Origin: Piromyces finnis finn
Taxonomy: Eukaryota; Fungi; Neocallimastigomycota
Direction: 5' to 3'
Assembly: GCA_002104945.1 (NCBI GenBank)
Contig: MCFH01000024.1
Coordinates: 372,001-436,000, forward strand
DNA: 64,000 nt
Shown: piece after piece, positions 1-13,170 of the stretch
How the letters are laid out: each line of letters opens with the position of its first letter
Position numbering within the stretch: the first letter of the stretch is position 1
Notes under the pieces: generated by a model
The model's database searches: none
What the model saw: only the letters and a program-made list of their open reading frames with translations
Told to the model about the DNA's origin: nothing
Translations under genes and position numbers: made by a program

Positions 1-1007
1 GATATAACTCTATAAACATGATTGATTATATATTGATTAAATTTATGTAATTTTGATATTGCTATATTTTGTTTTTTCTCGACATATATAAAATCTAAAA
101 TGGAATTATTAATATAATCCATGTATTTATTATAATGATTTATAATGTTATAATTATATCCAATAACACCAATTGAAATTAATGATACACCTTTAAAATG
201 TATTATTAATTATATATATGTAATTTTTAAAAATATACATATATTATCAAAAAAAAAAAAAAAAACATAATTTTAATAAAGAGATTAACAGAACAGTATT
301 ATTTAAAATATATATAAATGTAAATTTAAATATTTCTTATAATCAATAAAAATATTGTATATATATGTGTGTATTACCTAAATTAAAAGAATATGTACTA
401 AATATGCATGGCATTGAAAACATTAAAAACTAACAGTAATGTCATAACATTTATTAAAATCGAATATATTTTTTTTTTTATATTTTATAATTTGAATAAA
501 AGAAAATATATAGGTAGAATAATGAGAAAAAGATTATTTCTTTTTTTTTTTTTTTTTTGAGTAATTATCGAATAATAATAATACTATTTTATATATTATA
601 TTCTTTTCTAATTATATATTTACTCTTCTTAATGTTGAAGAAAGGATCAAAATAAAACATCCAATAGAGGTCATAATACAAAATGATGGACCACGAATTG
701 ATATCATAAATTGTTTAATGTTTTTTATAAAAAGTATTTGAGTAATAAAAATATATATTAAAAATGTAATATTAATTCCAAACATGATATAACGGCCTAA
801 CTCCTGACCAATTCCAAATAAATATTTCCATTCATCATCATTGCTGAGTACATTTAAACATTTTCCTAATGCTTTATTATTTTCAATATCATATTGACTA
901 ATATTAAATGTTTCATCTCTTTTCATAATTATATTACTATCATAATAGTTATTAGTTGTTTCTAGTATATAATTGGAAAACGTCGATAAATTAAAAAATT
1001 TATCCAT
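1..1007 (-). CDS. Multi-pass membrane protein, probably 7TM/RGS-type (GprK-like) receptor; runs off the left edge
   Basis: ORF 612-1007 has a hydrophobic helix followed by 'SIRGPSFCIMTSIG' and ends near an intron donor. A probable downstream exon near 378-420 reads 'FSMPCIFSTYSFNL', and a further open frame at ~191-1 follows. The 'R-[SG]-P ... PC' pattern resembles TM1-TM3 of fungal 7TM-RGS proteins. No RGS domain is visible inside the window. Confidence 0.45.
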
Positions 1008-3400
1008 TTTTCTTTTAAATAATTTTTTAATTTTTTCTCTTTATTATCTTTTTATTTTCTTAATCTCTTAATTTCTTTAAATATCAATGTAGAATAAATA
1101 TAATTGTATATATCTTTTTTTTTTTAACAGAAGAATGTCTGAGAATTTTTAATTTTTACTTTTTTGGTATTCCTTACTTTGTAATTAAATGATAAAGACT
1201 TTACATTATATTATTTTTTATTATTATTATTGTAAATGTTATTTATTACTTTATGTTTTGTTTTATAATTGTAATATTGAAAGAAAACTATAGTAAAGAG
1301 TAAAGTAAAAATAATAAATTTTATTAATTATTATTAGTTAATTATTACTTTTGAAAATATAAAATTTTATTTATTATATTTAGTATTTGAATATAAAAAT
1401 TTTATGATTATTAACTATTACTAAAAAAAAAAAAAAAAAAAAAAAAAACAGAATATAACTACCATGATATATATTTTATATATGCTTATATAAAGATTTT
1501 TTTTGTTTTTGATAAACTATAGAATAAAAAAAAAAGTTCACTAATAATATTAAAGAGTTAATTAAAAATGTAGTTTAATCATTATATATGACTTTCGGGA
1601 AATATTTTTAAAATAATTTATTATAAATTCTATTAATAGAAATAAAGTTCTTTTTATTTTTTTAAAAAAAAAAAACTCTATCATATATATATAATGAAGT
1701 TTTAAATATATATATATATTTAAATATTCATTTGCAAATTCAAATTTTGTAAGTCCTTTTCTATTTTTTAAAACTTTTTAATAACTTTTAAGTTTGTCGT
1801 GCTTAAATAAAAATTTATATATAAAAATATAAAAATATAAAGTTTTCTTTAATAGAAAAGTGGTTCTTCAAATTTCAAAAATATATATATTAAAATATTA
1901 AATATTTACCTGATAAATATCATAAAAACTTTTTCTTTTAAATATAATATTTATTTAAATTTTAAAAAATAATTATAAAATTGCTTTTACATTTAGTACT
2001 AAGTAATTTTCTTAGAGTTTCTTAAATTAATGATTTTTATATTATTAATACTGAAAAAAAAAAAATTAAAGTTTTATTATATACTATAGATATGCTATAG
2101 AAATATAATTTTAGAGTTAGGAATAAAATGAAATTCTTTTTTTTTTTTTTTCATCTTTATTTTTATCTCTAATACATATTAATAAAGTGAAAATAATGAA
2201 GATAATGTGACTATTTAAAAAAGGAAAGATTTAATCTAATCATCCATAGTTTATTTGACTTTTAAATTATAAAAAAACGTTAATATAATCACAATCAGTA
2301 GTTAATATGTTTGTAACAATAAAAAATGATAAACAAAATTAAACAAAATATTATATATATATTATTGTAATATTTATAAAATTGCATGCTTTTATTTCCA
2401 TATATTCTATCTTTATATAGGTTTATTTAGTGTTTATAACAAAAGATAAAGTATTTTAAAATATTTATATAATTATTACATTTAAGTTTGGGTTTATTTA
2501 TATTTTTTATATTAACAAGAAATAAAGTGCTCGAAAGATTAATACAAAGAAAAAAAAAAAGATATTATATTAATAAAAACCTTTCATTATTTTATTGTTG
2601 TTATCATTATTATTTTAGTAAGGAATTAATTTTTTTTAGCTTACAAAGATGTAATGTAATAATAAAAAAAGAAAAAAAAAAAAGTTATAGTGGTATGTAT
2701 AATTAATTATAAAATAATTGAAAAAAAAAATAAAAAAAAAAAAAAAAAAGAATGAAAATTAAAGTGAGAAATCAAATAATGTCTGTTTATATACAAATAT
2801 ATTATTAGAAAATTATAATTAATTATATTTTCTAATAATAATACATTATCCAATAGTTCAAAATAATAATAATAATAATTAATCATCATCATCATTCTCA
2901 TTTGATTAAAATAATGTATCACTTTTCATTTTTAATGATTAAAAAATAAAATTGGATAAAAATTTATTTTTAATACAAACTAAATTTATTAAGAAAAGAT
3001 AAAAAGATTAAAATGTTAATGAAATTTATCAGTTAAACTTTTATAATTTATTTTTAAATAATATACCTTTAATCAGTATAATTTAGTTTTTTATAATTAT
3101 ATAATTTTTAAATGTATTGCTATTATTATTTTCTTTATCCTTTAGTATTATTACTTAACAACTTTTAAAAAAGTTTTAACTTTAAAAATTTCATATCCAA
3201 TAACACATTAACAATATTTATGATATATCATACAATTTAGGATTTTGTTAAAACAACCATATTTTATGAAATAATTCATTTATAATAAAATAATATAAAT
3301 AAAAATACATAACAATAAAATATCTATTAATTAAAGTTTATCAAGTAGTAATTTTAGGTAGTAGAAAGTGTAACAGGGATTAAAGTAATTTATAGTCAAT

Positions 3401-4959
3401 ATGGAAAAAGTAGAAAATACAGATGATATTCTTAAAGCAATTCCACATCCAATTCAATATTTTCCTGAGGAATTGGCTAAAGAATATGATACCCCTAGAA
3501 CGGATGATCCACAAAATTTTTCTGTATATAGTCCTAGTTTAAGTTCAGTAAGTTCTATGAGCAGTGCTTCATCATTTCAACCCCCATTCTTAACAAGAGG
3601 AAATAGTAATATTAATTGTGGAATGAATTATACAACAACATCTTCCACATCGAATCAAAATTCTATAAATTTAAATATTACTAATAAGATGAGTAATCTT
3701 GCTATTCAAAATAATACCTCAATAAAAATTATTACCAATGAAAATGCAAATGAATCCCCTAATCTGGGTAAAAGTTGTAGTCGACTTCAAGATAAAAATT
3801 TACTTTCTCCATCTTCAGCAGTAAAATCAGATAACTTAAATACCTGCAAAGAAAAACAAAAAATTGATTTTTCTGGATTACATACACTTTTTATTAAAAT
3901 TGCAGGAGTAGAAAATATATTTAATTTAGATTGTTCTTCTCATCGTTTAGTTCGAATCATGAGTACCTTAATTATGTTTATTATTTATCCTGAATTACGT
4001 CGTAATTTAAAACAAATTGCAACAGGTACAAGGGGTAAAGTTTTAGCAGCAGAATACATTACTTATTATATATTGTGTTTCAGAACAGTTGAGCATGTTT
4101 CAATTACATTACCTGTTCTTATTTGTGCCATTATTTACATTGATCGGTATGTACAACAACGTAAATTAAGAGTTGCATCAGAATTAGGTGTTTTATTTCA
4201 GAAACTTCCAGATCAATATTCTAGAATTGCTGTCACACATGTATGCTTTATACTCATATATTATTGATTATAATATTTTAAGATATATGAAAATGATAAA
4301 TATAATATATATATATATATATTGCCATTGATAAATTATTTTACTATATATAATTTTTATTATTATCTGTCTAATATAAATTTATATTTATATATTTACA
4401 ATACTACTTCTATAATAAATATATATATTTATATATTTATTTTATTTTATTATTTATAAAAAATGATTATTAGGAATATTTCAGAACTAAAATTCTTCTT
4501 GTAGCCCTTGCCGTTTCCAGTAAAGTATTATATGATGGTAGACAAAATTTAACTCGTTGGGCTCATATTATTAATATTGATACTCAAAGTTTAGCAAAGG
4601 TAGAAAGAGATTTTATTCGTGAAATAAATTATCGATTATGTATTGACCTTCATGAATATAAAAAATGGATTTGTTGTGCAAAACATCTTCTTCAAGGTTT
4701 ACCAAAACCAGAAACTTCACCAACCTATGATGAAAGACATCAACAACACCAACAATTTGCAGTTCTATACGAAAAACAACTTCAAATTATAAAAGAAAAT
4801 CAAAAAGAATTACTTTCCAATGCTAATATTTCAAATGATAATACAAAAAATACTAACAATACATTAAATTCAATGGAAAGTCAATCTTCAATGCTTTCAC
4901 CAGCGGATGACGATAAGAGTTCAAGTTCAGAGGATTATGAAAAATCAGCAAAACATTAA
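3401..4959 (+). CDS. Pho85/Pcl-family (Pho80-like) cyclin, 2 exons (3401-4240, 4474-4959), ~441 aa
   Basis: The cyclin-box signature 'TLPVLICAIIYIDRY' is in exon 1. After a phase-0 GTATGC..TAG intron, exon 2 reads 'ILLVALAVSSKVLYDGRQNLTRWAHIINIDTQSLAKVERDFIREINYRL', typical of Pcl cyclins. The N-terminus is S/T/N-rich. Confidence 0.85.
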
Positions 4960-5583
4960 ATTTTTCTTTCTTTTCTTTTTTTTCTTTTTTTCCTTTTCTT
5001 TTATATTTAACATAGATTAACATAGATTAAAAATATTACTATCATAAACAACATAGAAATAATTTAAAGTTTGGTTATTTTTTTTTTTTTTTTTTTTTTT
5101 TTAATTAGTATTCATATAATTCATATTGATATGTTTTATTTGAAATTTAATAAAGAAAATATATTTAAAAATACATAAAATTTTAACTGTAATTTTTTTT
5201 TTTTTTTTTAAAAAAATTATTATTAATTATTATTATATAACATTTATTTGGTAGTGTTAATAAATTTTTAAAACATTTTTTTTTTTTTTTACAAAGTTTT
5301 AATAGTAATATATTGGTATTGTTCAAATTTAAAATCTATCATCCTTGATGAACTCTTTCATTCTTACAGAATTACAATATAATTTAGAAAAAAAGGAGGG
5401 GAAATAATTTTTGTTATATTTTTATTAATTGTTTAAAGTTGTTAATTGTTTGTGGAAACTAGTTTTATTTATATATATACATAATATAAATACAATACAA
5501 ATAATGAAATAAAAAATTATTTTAAACTACATAATATATAGGATATGGATATAGATATTTTTATATTTTATTTTTAAATAAAA

Positions 5584-6963
5584 TTAAAAATGTTCAACCT
5601 TTAAAAGTTTGTCCGATCCTTCAAGGAAAATAAGATGATCTATTAAAGTATCGATATGATTAATAGACATTTCTTGTTTTCCTTTTATAATTTCATGCTT
5701 TGGAATAAACATGATATTTTCCGAATCAACTTTCCAGCCGTATTCACTAGTAAGATAAGATATAGCCTTTTCTTCTGTGAAATTAAGATTTTTAGCAGCT
5801 TCTTTAATTAAAATGTGGTCATAAGCCTTTGACATTAAATTAATTTGTCTACAACGTATTTTTTCCAATAAAGAAATTAATAATTCTTTAATAAATAATG
5901 AACATCTTTTTATCTTGTAGATATTTTTTTTGATCTTAGAAGACGATGAACTTACTGATACAGATGATTCAACAGCACAATTTGGAGTGTCTGTATCTAC
6001 CGGAGTCATAGTATCATCTTGGTCATTTAATATTTCATTATTACTTTCATTACTTCCATCAGTACTATCATCATCATCATCACTGTCATCAACGTCATCA
6101 TCACCGTCGTTATCATAATCATCATTATCATCATCATCCTCTTCTTCCTCTCTATCATAATCCATAATCTCCTTTGGTGTGTCAATTTGAGCTTGTGGAA
6201 CTGCATTACCTATAGTATCTGAACTTTGTTCTGGTGTATTATCAGCAATAGTTACTTCCTCCTTTTTAATTTCGTAATAATCAGATTCATTATCAACTTC
6301 TTTATTTAATTTTTTATCTGTTTTTTCTATTATTTCTTCTTCTAAAATGACTTCTTCTTTTTCAGTATTTTCATTTTCAATATTAATTTCTATTTCTATT
6401 TCTTTATTTAATATGGAAAGAGCTTTACCAACATCTTTTTCCAATAAACAGGAAAGAAGACTTTTTATAAATGAAATAGTACGATTCTTTAAAACTGGCT
6501 TTGGTAAACGTTTATAAAGATAGCGTGCTGAATTCATTTGGTTATTAATAATTAAAACTAAAAGGTAAATAATATAAAAATTGAGATTATAGATTGGATT
6601 AAATAAGGTGTTAGAATCTGATGGTTCAATAGTATTAGCTTCCTCTAATAATTTTGATAAATTTATTTTTGGGGAGGAATTATCCATATCCATTGCATCT
6701 TCATGTTGTATTTCAACATTCATATCATCTGAATTATTGTCAAAGTAATTTCTATATTCTTCCATTATTTCAAATTTTATAGTGTTTAAATATTCAAAAT
6801 ATTCATTAGGATTAACTTGGCTTTCATTTAAAATTTTAAAAGATATTTCCAGTTCATCACAAAACTTTTCCATAACATCGTATCTTTCAATGTCAAAAAG
6901 TTTTACTAAAGTAGTAATAAAAGTATCTCTAGCTTGTTCTTCTCCTGTAAATATTTTTTTCAT
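5584..6963 (-). CDS. CSN8: COP9 signalosome subunit 8 (CSN8/PSMD8/eIF3K PCI family) with long acidic insertion, 459 aa, single exon
   Basis: 'LLVLIINNQMNSARYLYKRLP' matches COPS8 '[22 protein letters not shown]'. C-terminal 'RQINLMSKAYDHI...EYGWKVD...IDTLIDHLIFLE' matches 'RAFALVSQAYTSI...EQGWQAD...LARLTDYVAFLE'. Confidence 0.85.
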   Translation of the reverse strand: MKKIFTGEEQARDTFITTLVKLFDIERYDVMEKFCDELEISFKILNESQVNPNEYFEYLNTIKFEIMEEYRNYFDNNSDDMNVEIQHEDAMDMDNSSPKINLSKLLEEANTIEPSDSNTLFNPIYNLNFYIIYLLVLIINNQMNSARYLYKRLPKPVLKNRTISFIKSLLSCLLEKDVGKALSILNKEIEIEINIENENTEKEEVILEEEIIEKTDKKLNKEVDNESDYYEIKKEEVTIADNTPEQSSDTIGNAVPQAQIDTPKEIMDYDREEEEDDDDNDDYDNDGDDDVDDSDDDDDSTDGSNESNNEILNDQDDTMTPVDTDTPNCAVESSVSVSSSSSKIKKNIYKIKRCSLFIKELLISLLEKIRCRQINLMSKAYDHILIKEAAKNLNFTEEKAISYLTSEYGWKVDSENIMFIPKHEIIKGKQEMSINHIDTLIDHLIFLEGSDKLLKVEHF

Positions 6964-8298
6964 TTTTTTTATATTATTATTATTATTATACTTGAAAAAA
7001 AAAAGTTTTTTGGTATTAAAGCCTACTAAAATATTGGTATTACATTTACAAAAATATATATTAAAAATATAAAAATTAGATTAATCATCCATATAATTAT
7101 ATATATGATTATATATATATATTTTTTTTTAAAATAATTCTCTTTAAAAAAAAAAAAAGATATCTTGTTTTATTTTATTTATGTTAATATCAGCATTTTT
7201 TATTTAATTCCAACACATCATTTATCTTTTGTTTTTATAAAATATATTTTCAAAATACTGTAATTATCATTATTTTGGTGAAATATCCATTAAATTTACA
7301 TAAATGAATATTATTATTATTAATTAAATTTTAATCATTAATAATAATGAACTTTTGTTTGTATGTTTTTATATATTCACAATTTGATTGATTTAAATAG
7401 ATATTTAAATTTCTACGTTTAATAGGATAAGGCTTATATAATAATTTCTCAATTTTCAATCTAAATAACTGTTTGATTTGATTTTTTATTATATTTTTTT
7501 TTCAATAAAAAAAAAAGCGTTTTACCTATTAGGTATTTATTATTTATTAAATGAAGTGATCTAACTACTTGTTAATAATATTATATCAAACTCCTTTTTA
7601 TTTTTTATGTATTTATATATATAAAAGAATTATGTTTGTAGTTTTAATAGAATAAAATGGGTCAATAAAAAATAAATGAGGAAAAGTATATTTTAATACA
7701 AATAATTATTTATTTTTTAAATTTTACTTTTCTCTCTAAAAAATTAATTAAAAAAATTTTTTTAATTAGAATTTTAACCAAAATTATTTTTATAATAAAA
7801 ATTTTATTAATAAAATAATTAGTATTAGTTTTTTTATTTTTAAGAGAACGACGAACTATTTTAAACTTTGAAATAATTACATTGAAGCATTATTCTTTAT
7901 TATTTATAACCTATTATCATGTTTATTACTAGGTTTATTTCAAGAATTTATGACAAACTTTTTAAAAAAAACCTTTTTGACCTATTTCTCATTGATGTGT
8001 TACACAATAACACTTTTAAAATTTTTCTAGTTCAACAGCATTACAACTTTTTTTTTAAACAGTGTCTATTTTAAAAATATATAGTTTTGTATTTAATAAG
8101 TAAAAAAACATCTGTATATTAAATAATAAGTAAATATGAAAAGGATTATATATACATTTATTTCATATCTACTAATATTATATTTAATTATTTTCTTTGT
8201 TCTTTATTAAAAATGAAATAATACATTATGTTTTAAGAATATTGATTATCATAGTTACTTATATATCAAACATATTAAGTGCTTATCGATTGATTAAA

Positions 8299-8374
8299 TA
8301 AAAAAAAGCATTACTAATTGTAATTTAAAACTTTTTAAAAAGTTTTAAATTACAATTAGTAATGCTTTTTTTTA
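8299..8374. repeat. Perfect 76-bp palindrome with no spacer
   Basis: Core left arm AAAAAAAGCATTACTAATTGTAATTTAAAACTTTTT (8301-8336) is the exact reverse complement of 8337-8372. Pairing extends two more bases on each side. Confidence 0.95.
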
Positions 8375-11300
8375 AAAAGTTTTATTCTTTATAATAGTAT
8401 AGTTATATTTTGATAGGGTGGATTGTATCTTTATATAATCTAATTACTCATTAACATTAATCTTTATATGATTTAGAAAGGAAATATAAAATACAAATTA
8501 ATTAAAAATAAAAAATAATAAATTAGTATATTACTATAAAAATTAAAAGCAATAAGAAGAAAAAGTTAGCTTGGGTATTTTTAGAGTTATTAATATTCTA
8601 TTATTAATACTATTTTCCCCTTTATATCTAAATGGTTGAACATAAAAACTAATCCTTTTAATCTTTTTCATTAGATATTAATAAATAATTTATATTTAAT
8701 ACAATTCTATAATATTTTAACAAGTGTACAATTTTTATATACAACTCTTTTTAGAATAATAAAAAGATAATGGTGTAGTAATGACAATGATGATGATAAT
8801 AAAATATACCAATTAGATTTATTTGAAAAAGATCAAATAAAGTGGAATTTAACTAAACTTTTAATTCCTTCATTTCCACAATTCCACCAATTCCTCTTAA
8901 TTCTTCCCTTTTTTAAAAGGGTCATCAGGATTATTTTATGGAATATTTTTAAATGAATAGAAAATGAAATAAAAAAAAATAAAAACTTTAATTAATAATA
9001 AAAATAAGTAAAATAATAAAAATTTTTTTTTTATTATTATCTCATAGTTTATGAATAATCTTCTTTTTATTATTATTTACAATAGTAATAATTAAGAAAT
9101 CTTATATCAATTAGGATTTATGGTTAAAATAACATAATTTATTCTTTTTGATCAAAACTATTTCATAAAGAAGTGAACAATAATAATGAAAAGAAATGTT
9201 GAATTTTAACCGGCTGGTTAAACCTTTCCTTGTAATTTATAATAAAACTATTATTAGTTACTACTTTTCTAAATAAATATTTATTTCTAGTAAGTTTTAA
9301 TTTTTATCCAAAAATTATAAGGTATCAAGGAAAGAAAAGGGAAATTTTTTCAAAATTGTTACGTTGCACCAAAACAATTTCCTTAAAAGTTTAAAATTGT
9401 ATTACACTTTCTCCCTTACACTTAAAACAAAGATAAAACATAGGCATTAAGAGAAAAAGAAAAATAAATAACATATTTACGCCTATTTATTGAAAAATAA
9501 AAAAAGATCTCTCATTTTATTTCATTCATTCCTATGAAAAATAAAGTGTGAATGGTGGGTGTAATCAAAGAGTATGTTTTTATACTCTACAAAAATGTAC
9601 AAAATGCACCACTTTTCCTACATTATCTTAAGAAACTTTCTTTAATTATTGGCATAAAACATTTAAAACCTTATTTAGTAAATAATAAAAGGTGTCTCCA
9701 AAAATGCTTATATACAAACTTAAATTAATAATAAAATATATTATTAATTTATTTAATATATAACATTATAATATAATTTTAATAGGAATAACAAAAAAAC
9801 TCCTTAAAAATAAATAATAATTTAATAGGAAAAAAAGTTTTTTTTTTTTTTTCTTTGAAATGTGATTATTTAAAAGAAAAGTAAAAAATAATTTTTATGA
9901 ATGGTGGAAAGCTTTTTTTTTACTGAAAAATGGAAATAAAATAATGATAATTATAATCCAAACTTTCACCACAATTTTAAAAGTAGAATAGTATTTTTTA
10001 CACTAAGTAATAACAATGTTCAAAAGATGAGTTTATCCTTCCAAAAATTTTGTTAACTTTTTTCATTTAATAAACTTTAAATATTATTATTTTTAGTTTT
10101 TCTGCTTTTTTTTTCAAATTACATTATTTATTTATTTGATACATGACATGATAGAAATTTATTCTAGAAGTACATTCTATATTATAAATCAAAATTTCAT
10201 TGGTTCCTTTATATATTATTAATTATTAGTTTCATTCGTTTAGTTAACAATAAGAGTTAAAAAAAGATTTATTTACTTGCTTAGTTTTTTATTCATTTAA
10301 TTACCAATCATTTTATTTAATTGTTTAAGATTTATTCATTTAATTAACGAAAGAGTTAACAATTTATTTAGTTAGTTTTTATTCATTAAGTATAACTTCC
10401 AACTGTGTTACCTTTTTAATACAATTAATTTAGAGAAAACAACAATAAACAATAGATCTTTTATATTTTTATCACAAATATAAAGTTCTATGTTTATTAT
10501 ACGTATGGATTATAAACAATATAACCTATTTTCATAGGTGTGATAAATCAAATAAAATAAAGCCTTTTTAATGATACTTTATATTCTCTATCAAAACATC
10601 TTCCCTTTTTCTACCTACCTTTTAATAAAATGGTATTTAATGTATAGATTTTACATAATTTTAAGAAATAAAGATTTTATTTATTTTTATTAGTGTGTAA
10701 AGAACCAAAAATTGATATATATATTAATTATTACATTATATAAAAAAAGTTGTAACACAAAAAATTTATATTTATTAAAATGTAAAACAAAGCTTAATTA
10801 TTATTAATTTATAATTCAATTAATGTAATTTATTAGATCATATATATTAATATACTACCAATATACTAGTAAATACACTTCAAGTATATTAATAATATTA
10901 TTATCACCTATAAAAAATATTTATTCTAAAATTAAAAAAAAACGTTATTTTTTTAAAAAAAAAATTACATTAATAATATATGATTTACTTATATTATAAT
11001 AGCATATAAAATATCGTCTAATATATTAAATTATGTTGTGTAACATTAATGATTTTATTTATACATCTTATAATCAAAGTATATTAAAAAGAGATGATAG
11101 CCTTTTTAAAAAAAAATAAAGTATATATTAATATATTATTAAATTATTAAATAGTTAATGATCATACTATAGATAGTAAAATAAAATTTTAGTCTTAAAT
11201 TATGGTTAGCCTTTATTAATTAGTATTTAATATTAATATATTAAAACTAATGAAAAATAAACGCTAATTTATAAAGATAATTAATAAATAATAGATTAAT

Positions 11301-12547
11301 ATACAATTTAACTTATTTTTATTATTATATTAATAGAATATACCACTATTTTTAAGTTAAAAATAAAAGAAATGAAATATTTCTATTTTTTTATAGAATA
11401 TTTTTAAACATTAATAATAGGATCTATTATTATATTTCATATTCCAATGATAACTTCTACTACTTCGCTTATTATATGATTTAATATATTAGTATATTAA
11501 ATTAATATATCAATATATATATTAATTTTTATTAATTATGGACTAGTTCATTGAATTTTAATTTATTTATGTTTTGTGTAATTAAAATAGTTTTTTAAAA
11601 TTATTTTTAATATGTTTGGTGTAACATAATAAATAAAAATGTATTTTAAATTTTAAATAATAAAGTTAAATATATTTTAATTTTTATTCTCTAATATATT
11701 TCTAAAATATCTAGTATATTATTAATTTATTATATTATATATTATGAATACAATGTATTAAATTCAACATTTCTTTTGTTTATTATTTAAAACAATTAAT
11801 GAAATGGAATATTAATTGATATATTTATTAATATATATTATAATATTGTAATAAATTTTAATAATTATTTTAATATTGTTTGAGAAAATCTTATATAAAT
11901 ATTGTGTTTTCCGTTTTTTTTTTTTTTACTTTTTTTAAATTATAAATAATAAAGACATTATAATAAAAAAAGTTTTTTTATTTTAAAAAAGAAAATAAAA
12001 ACAGAAAAGAAATATTAAAAATTATAATTAATAAATTTCTTTTCTTTAAATTCTTTTTTGAAAGCAATTAAACTAAATTAAAAAAAAAAAAGAAAAAAAA
12101 TATTTAAACGTTGTTTGTATATATACAAATTCAACACTTAATTTAAGCTTTAATTTAAACAAAAGTAAATATTAAATATAAAGAAAGAAAGATATATATT
12201 AATTATTTTTAGAAAAAAATTAATAATTTTGTATTATATATTTTATGATAATTAAAGGGAGCAAGTGTATTTCTTTTGGAAAATAAATTAAAAGTTAAAA
12301 GAAATAATAATTGTAAATATTTAAGATAGATTAAACTATAAACAAAATTTAAAGGAATATTTAAAAAAAGGTAATAAATAGAATAAGAAATAAAATATTG
12401 GAAATATTAATAAATATATAAAAGAAAATATTTTTAAAATAAATATTAATATATATTAAATAAATATTTAAATATATTTTTAGAAATATTCATATATAAA
12501 AAAGTATTTGAAAAAAATTCGCAATAAAAATATAAAATATAAACAAA

Positions 12548-13170
12548 ATGTCATCATACCGTATGCCTGTCAATTATAATCCAATGTCTCCAGGAAGCCA
12601 ATATGAATACAGTGAATACAGTCCAAACGGTTATTCACCAAGCTACAATACTAGCTACTCTTCAAGTCAATATAATAAATACAGTCCAAGTCAACCAAAA
12701 GCTCAACAATACTATCAACAAAATTATCAACAAAACTATCAACAAAACTATCAACAAAAACAATACAGAGTTCAAAATCAAACTGGTGGAATTGGTATGA
12801 ATGCATCATCTACACTCTACAGTGTAAATCCAGATGCCGCCATGGCTTATCGTCAAAGAAAAATGCAACAAGCCGCTGAAAGAAAATACCAAAAACTTGT
12901 TCGTTTAACTAACCGTTTAAGAGATCAACTTCGTTTACAAACTATTCCAGTATCAAAAGCTGCTTGCTCGTAAGTATACTAAAAATAAAATATATTTAAG
13001 ATTTTTTGGTAAAAAAAATTTAAACTAATAAAATATATATATTATATAGTCTTGTAAACTATACTATTAGTGTTAAGGACCCACTTCTTCCATCTGTTTG
13101 GGGACCAATTGAAAAACGTGATAATCCATATGCTGCCACTAACAGTAAATGCTCTTGTATCATTATGTAA
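12548..13170 (+). CDS. STE18: Heterotrimeric G-protein gamma subunit (Ste18-like), 2 exons (12548-12969, 13050-13170), 180 aa
   Basis: The spliced product ends 'KYQKLVRLTNRLRDQLRLQTIPVSKAACSLVNYTISVKDPLLPSVWGPIEKRDNPYAATNSKCSCIIM*'. This is a GGL domain (DPLLP.WG motif) with a CaaX box (CIIM). The intron is GTAAGT..TAG and the joined frame is open. Confidence 0.92.
12713..12760 (+). repeat. 12-bp coding tandem repeat x4 (YQQN/YQQK) in the G-gamma N-terminal tail
   Basis: TATCAACAAAAT TATCAACAAAAC TATCAACAAAAC TATCAACAAAAA. Confidence 0.9.

Noticed and set aside
2488-2922. F/I/K/Y-rich ORFs in intergenic DNA (also 15239, 16383, 18947, 24335, 27015, 43390, 44588, 48197, 48999, 50609, 53657)
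   Set aside because: Their composition reflects poly-A/T runs, several start at TTG/GTG, and they show no motif, paralog or splice context.
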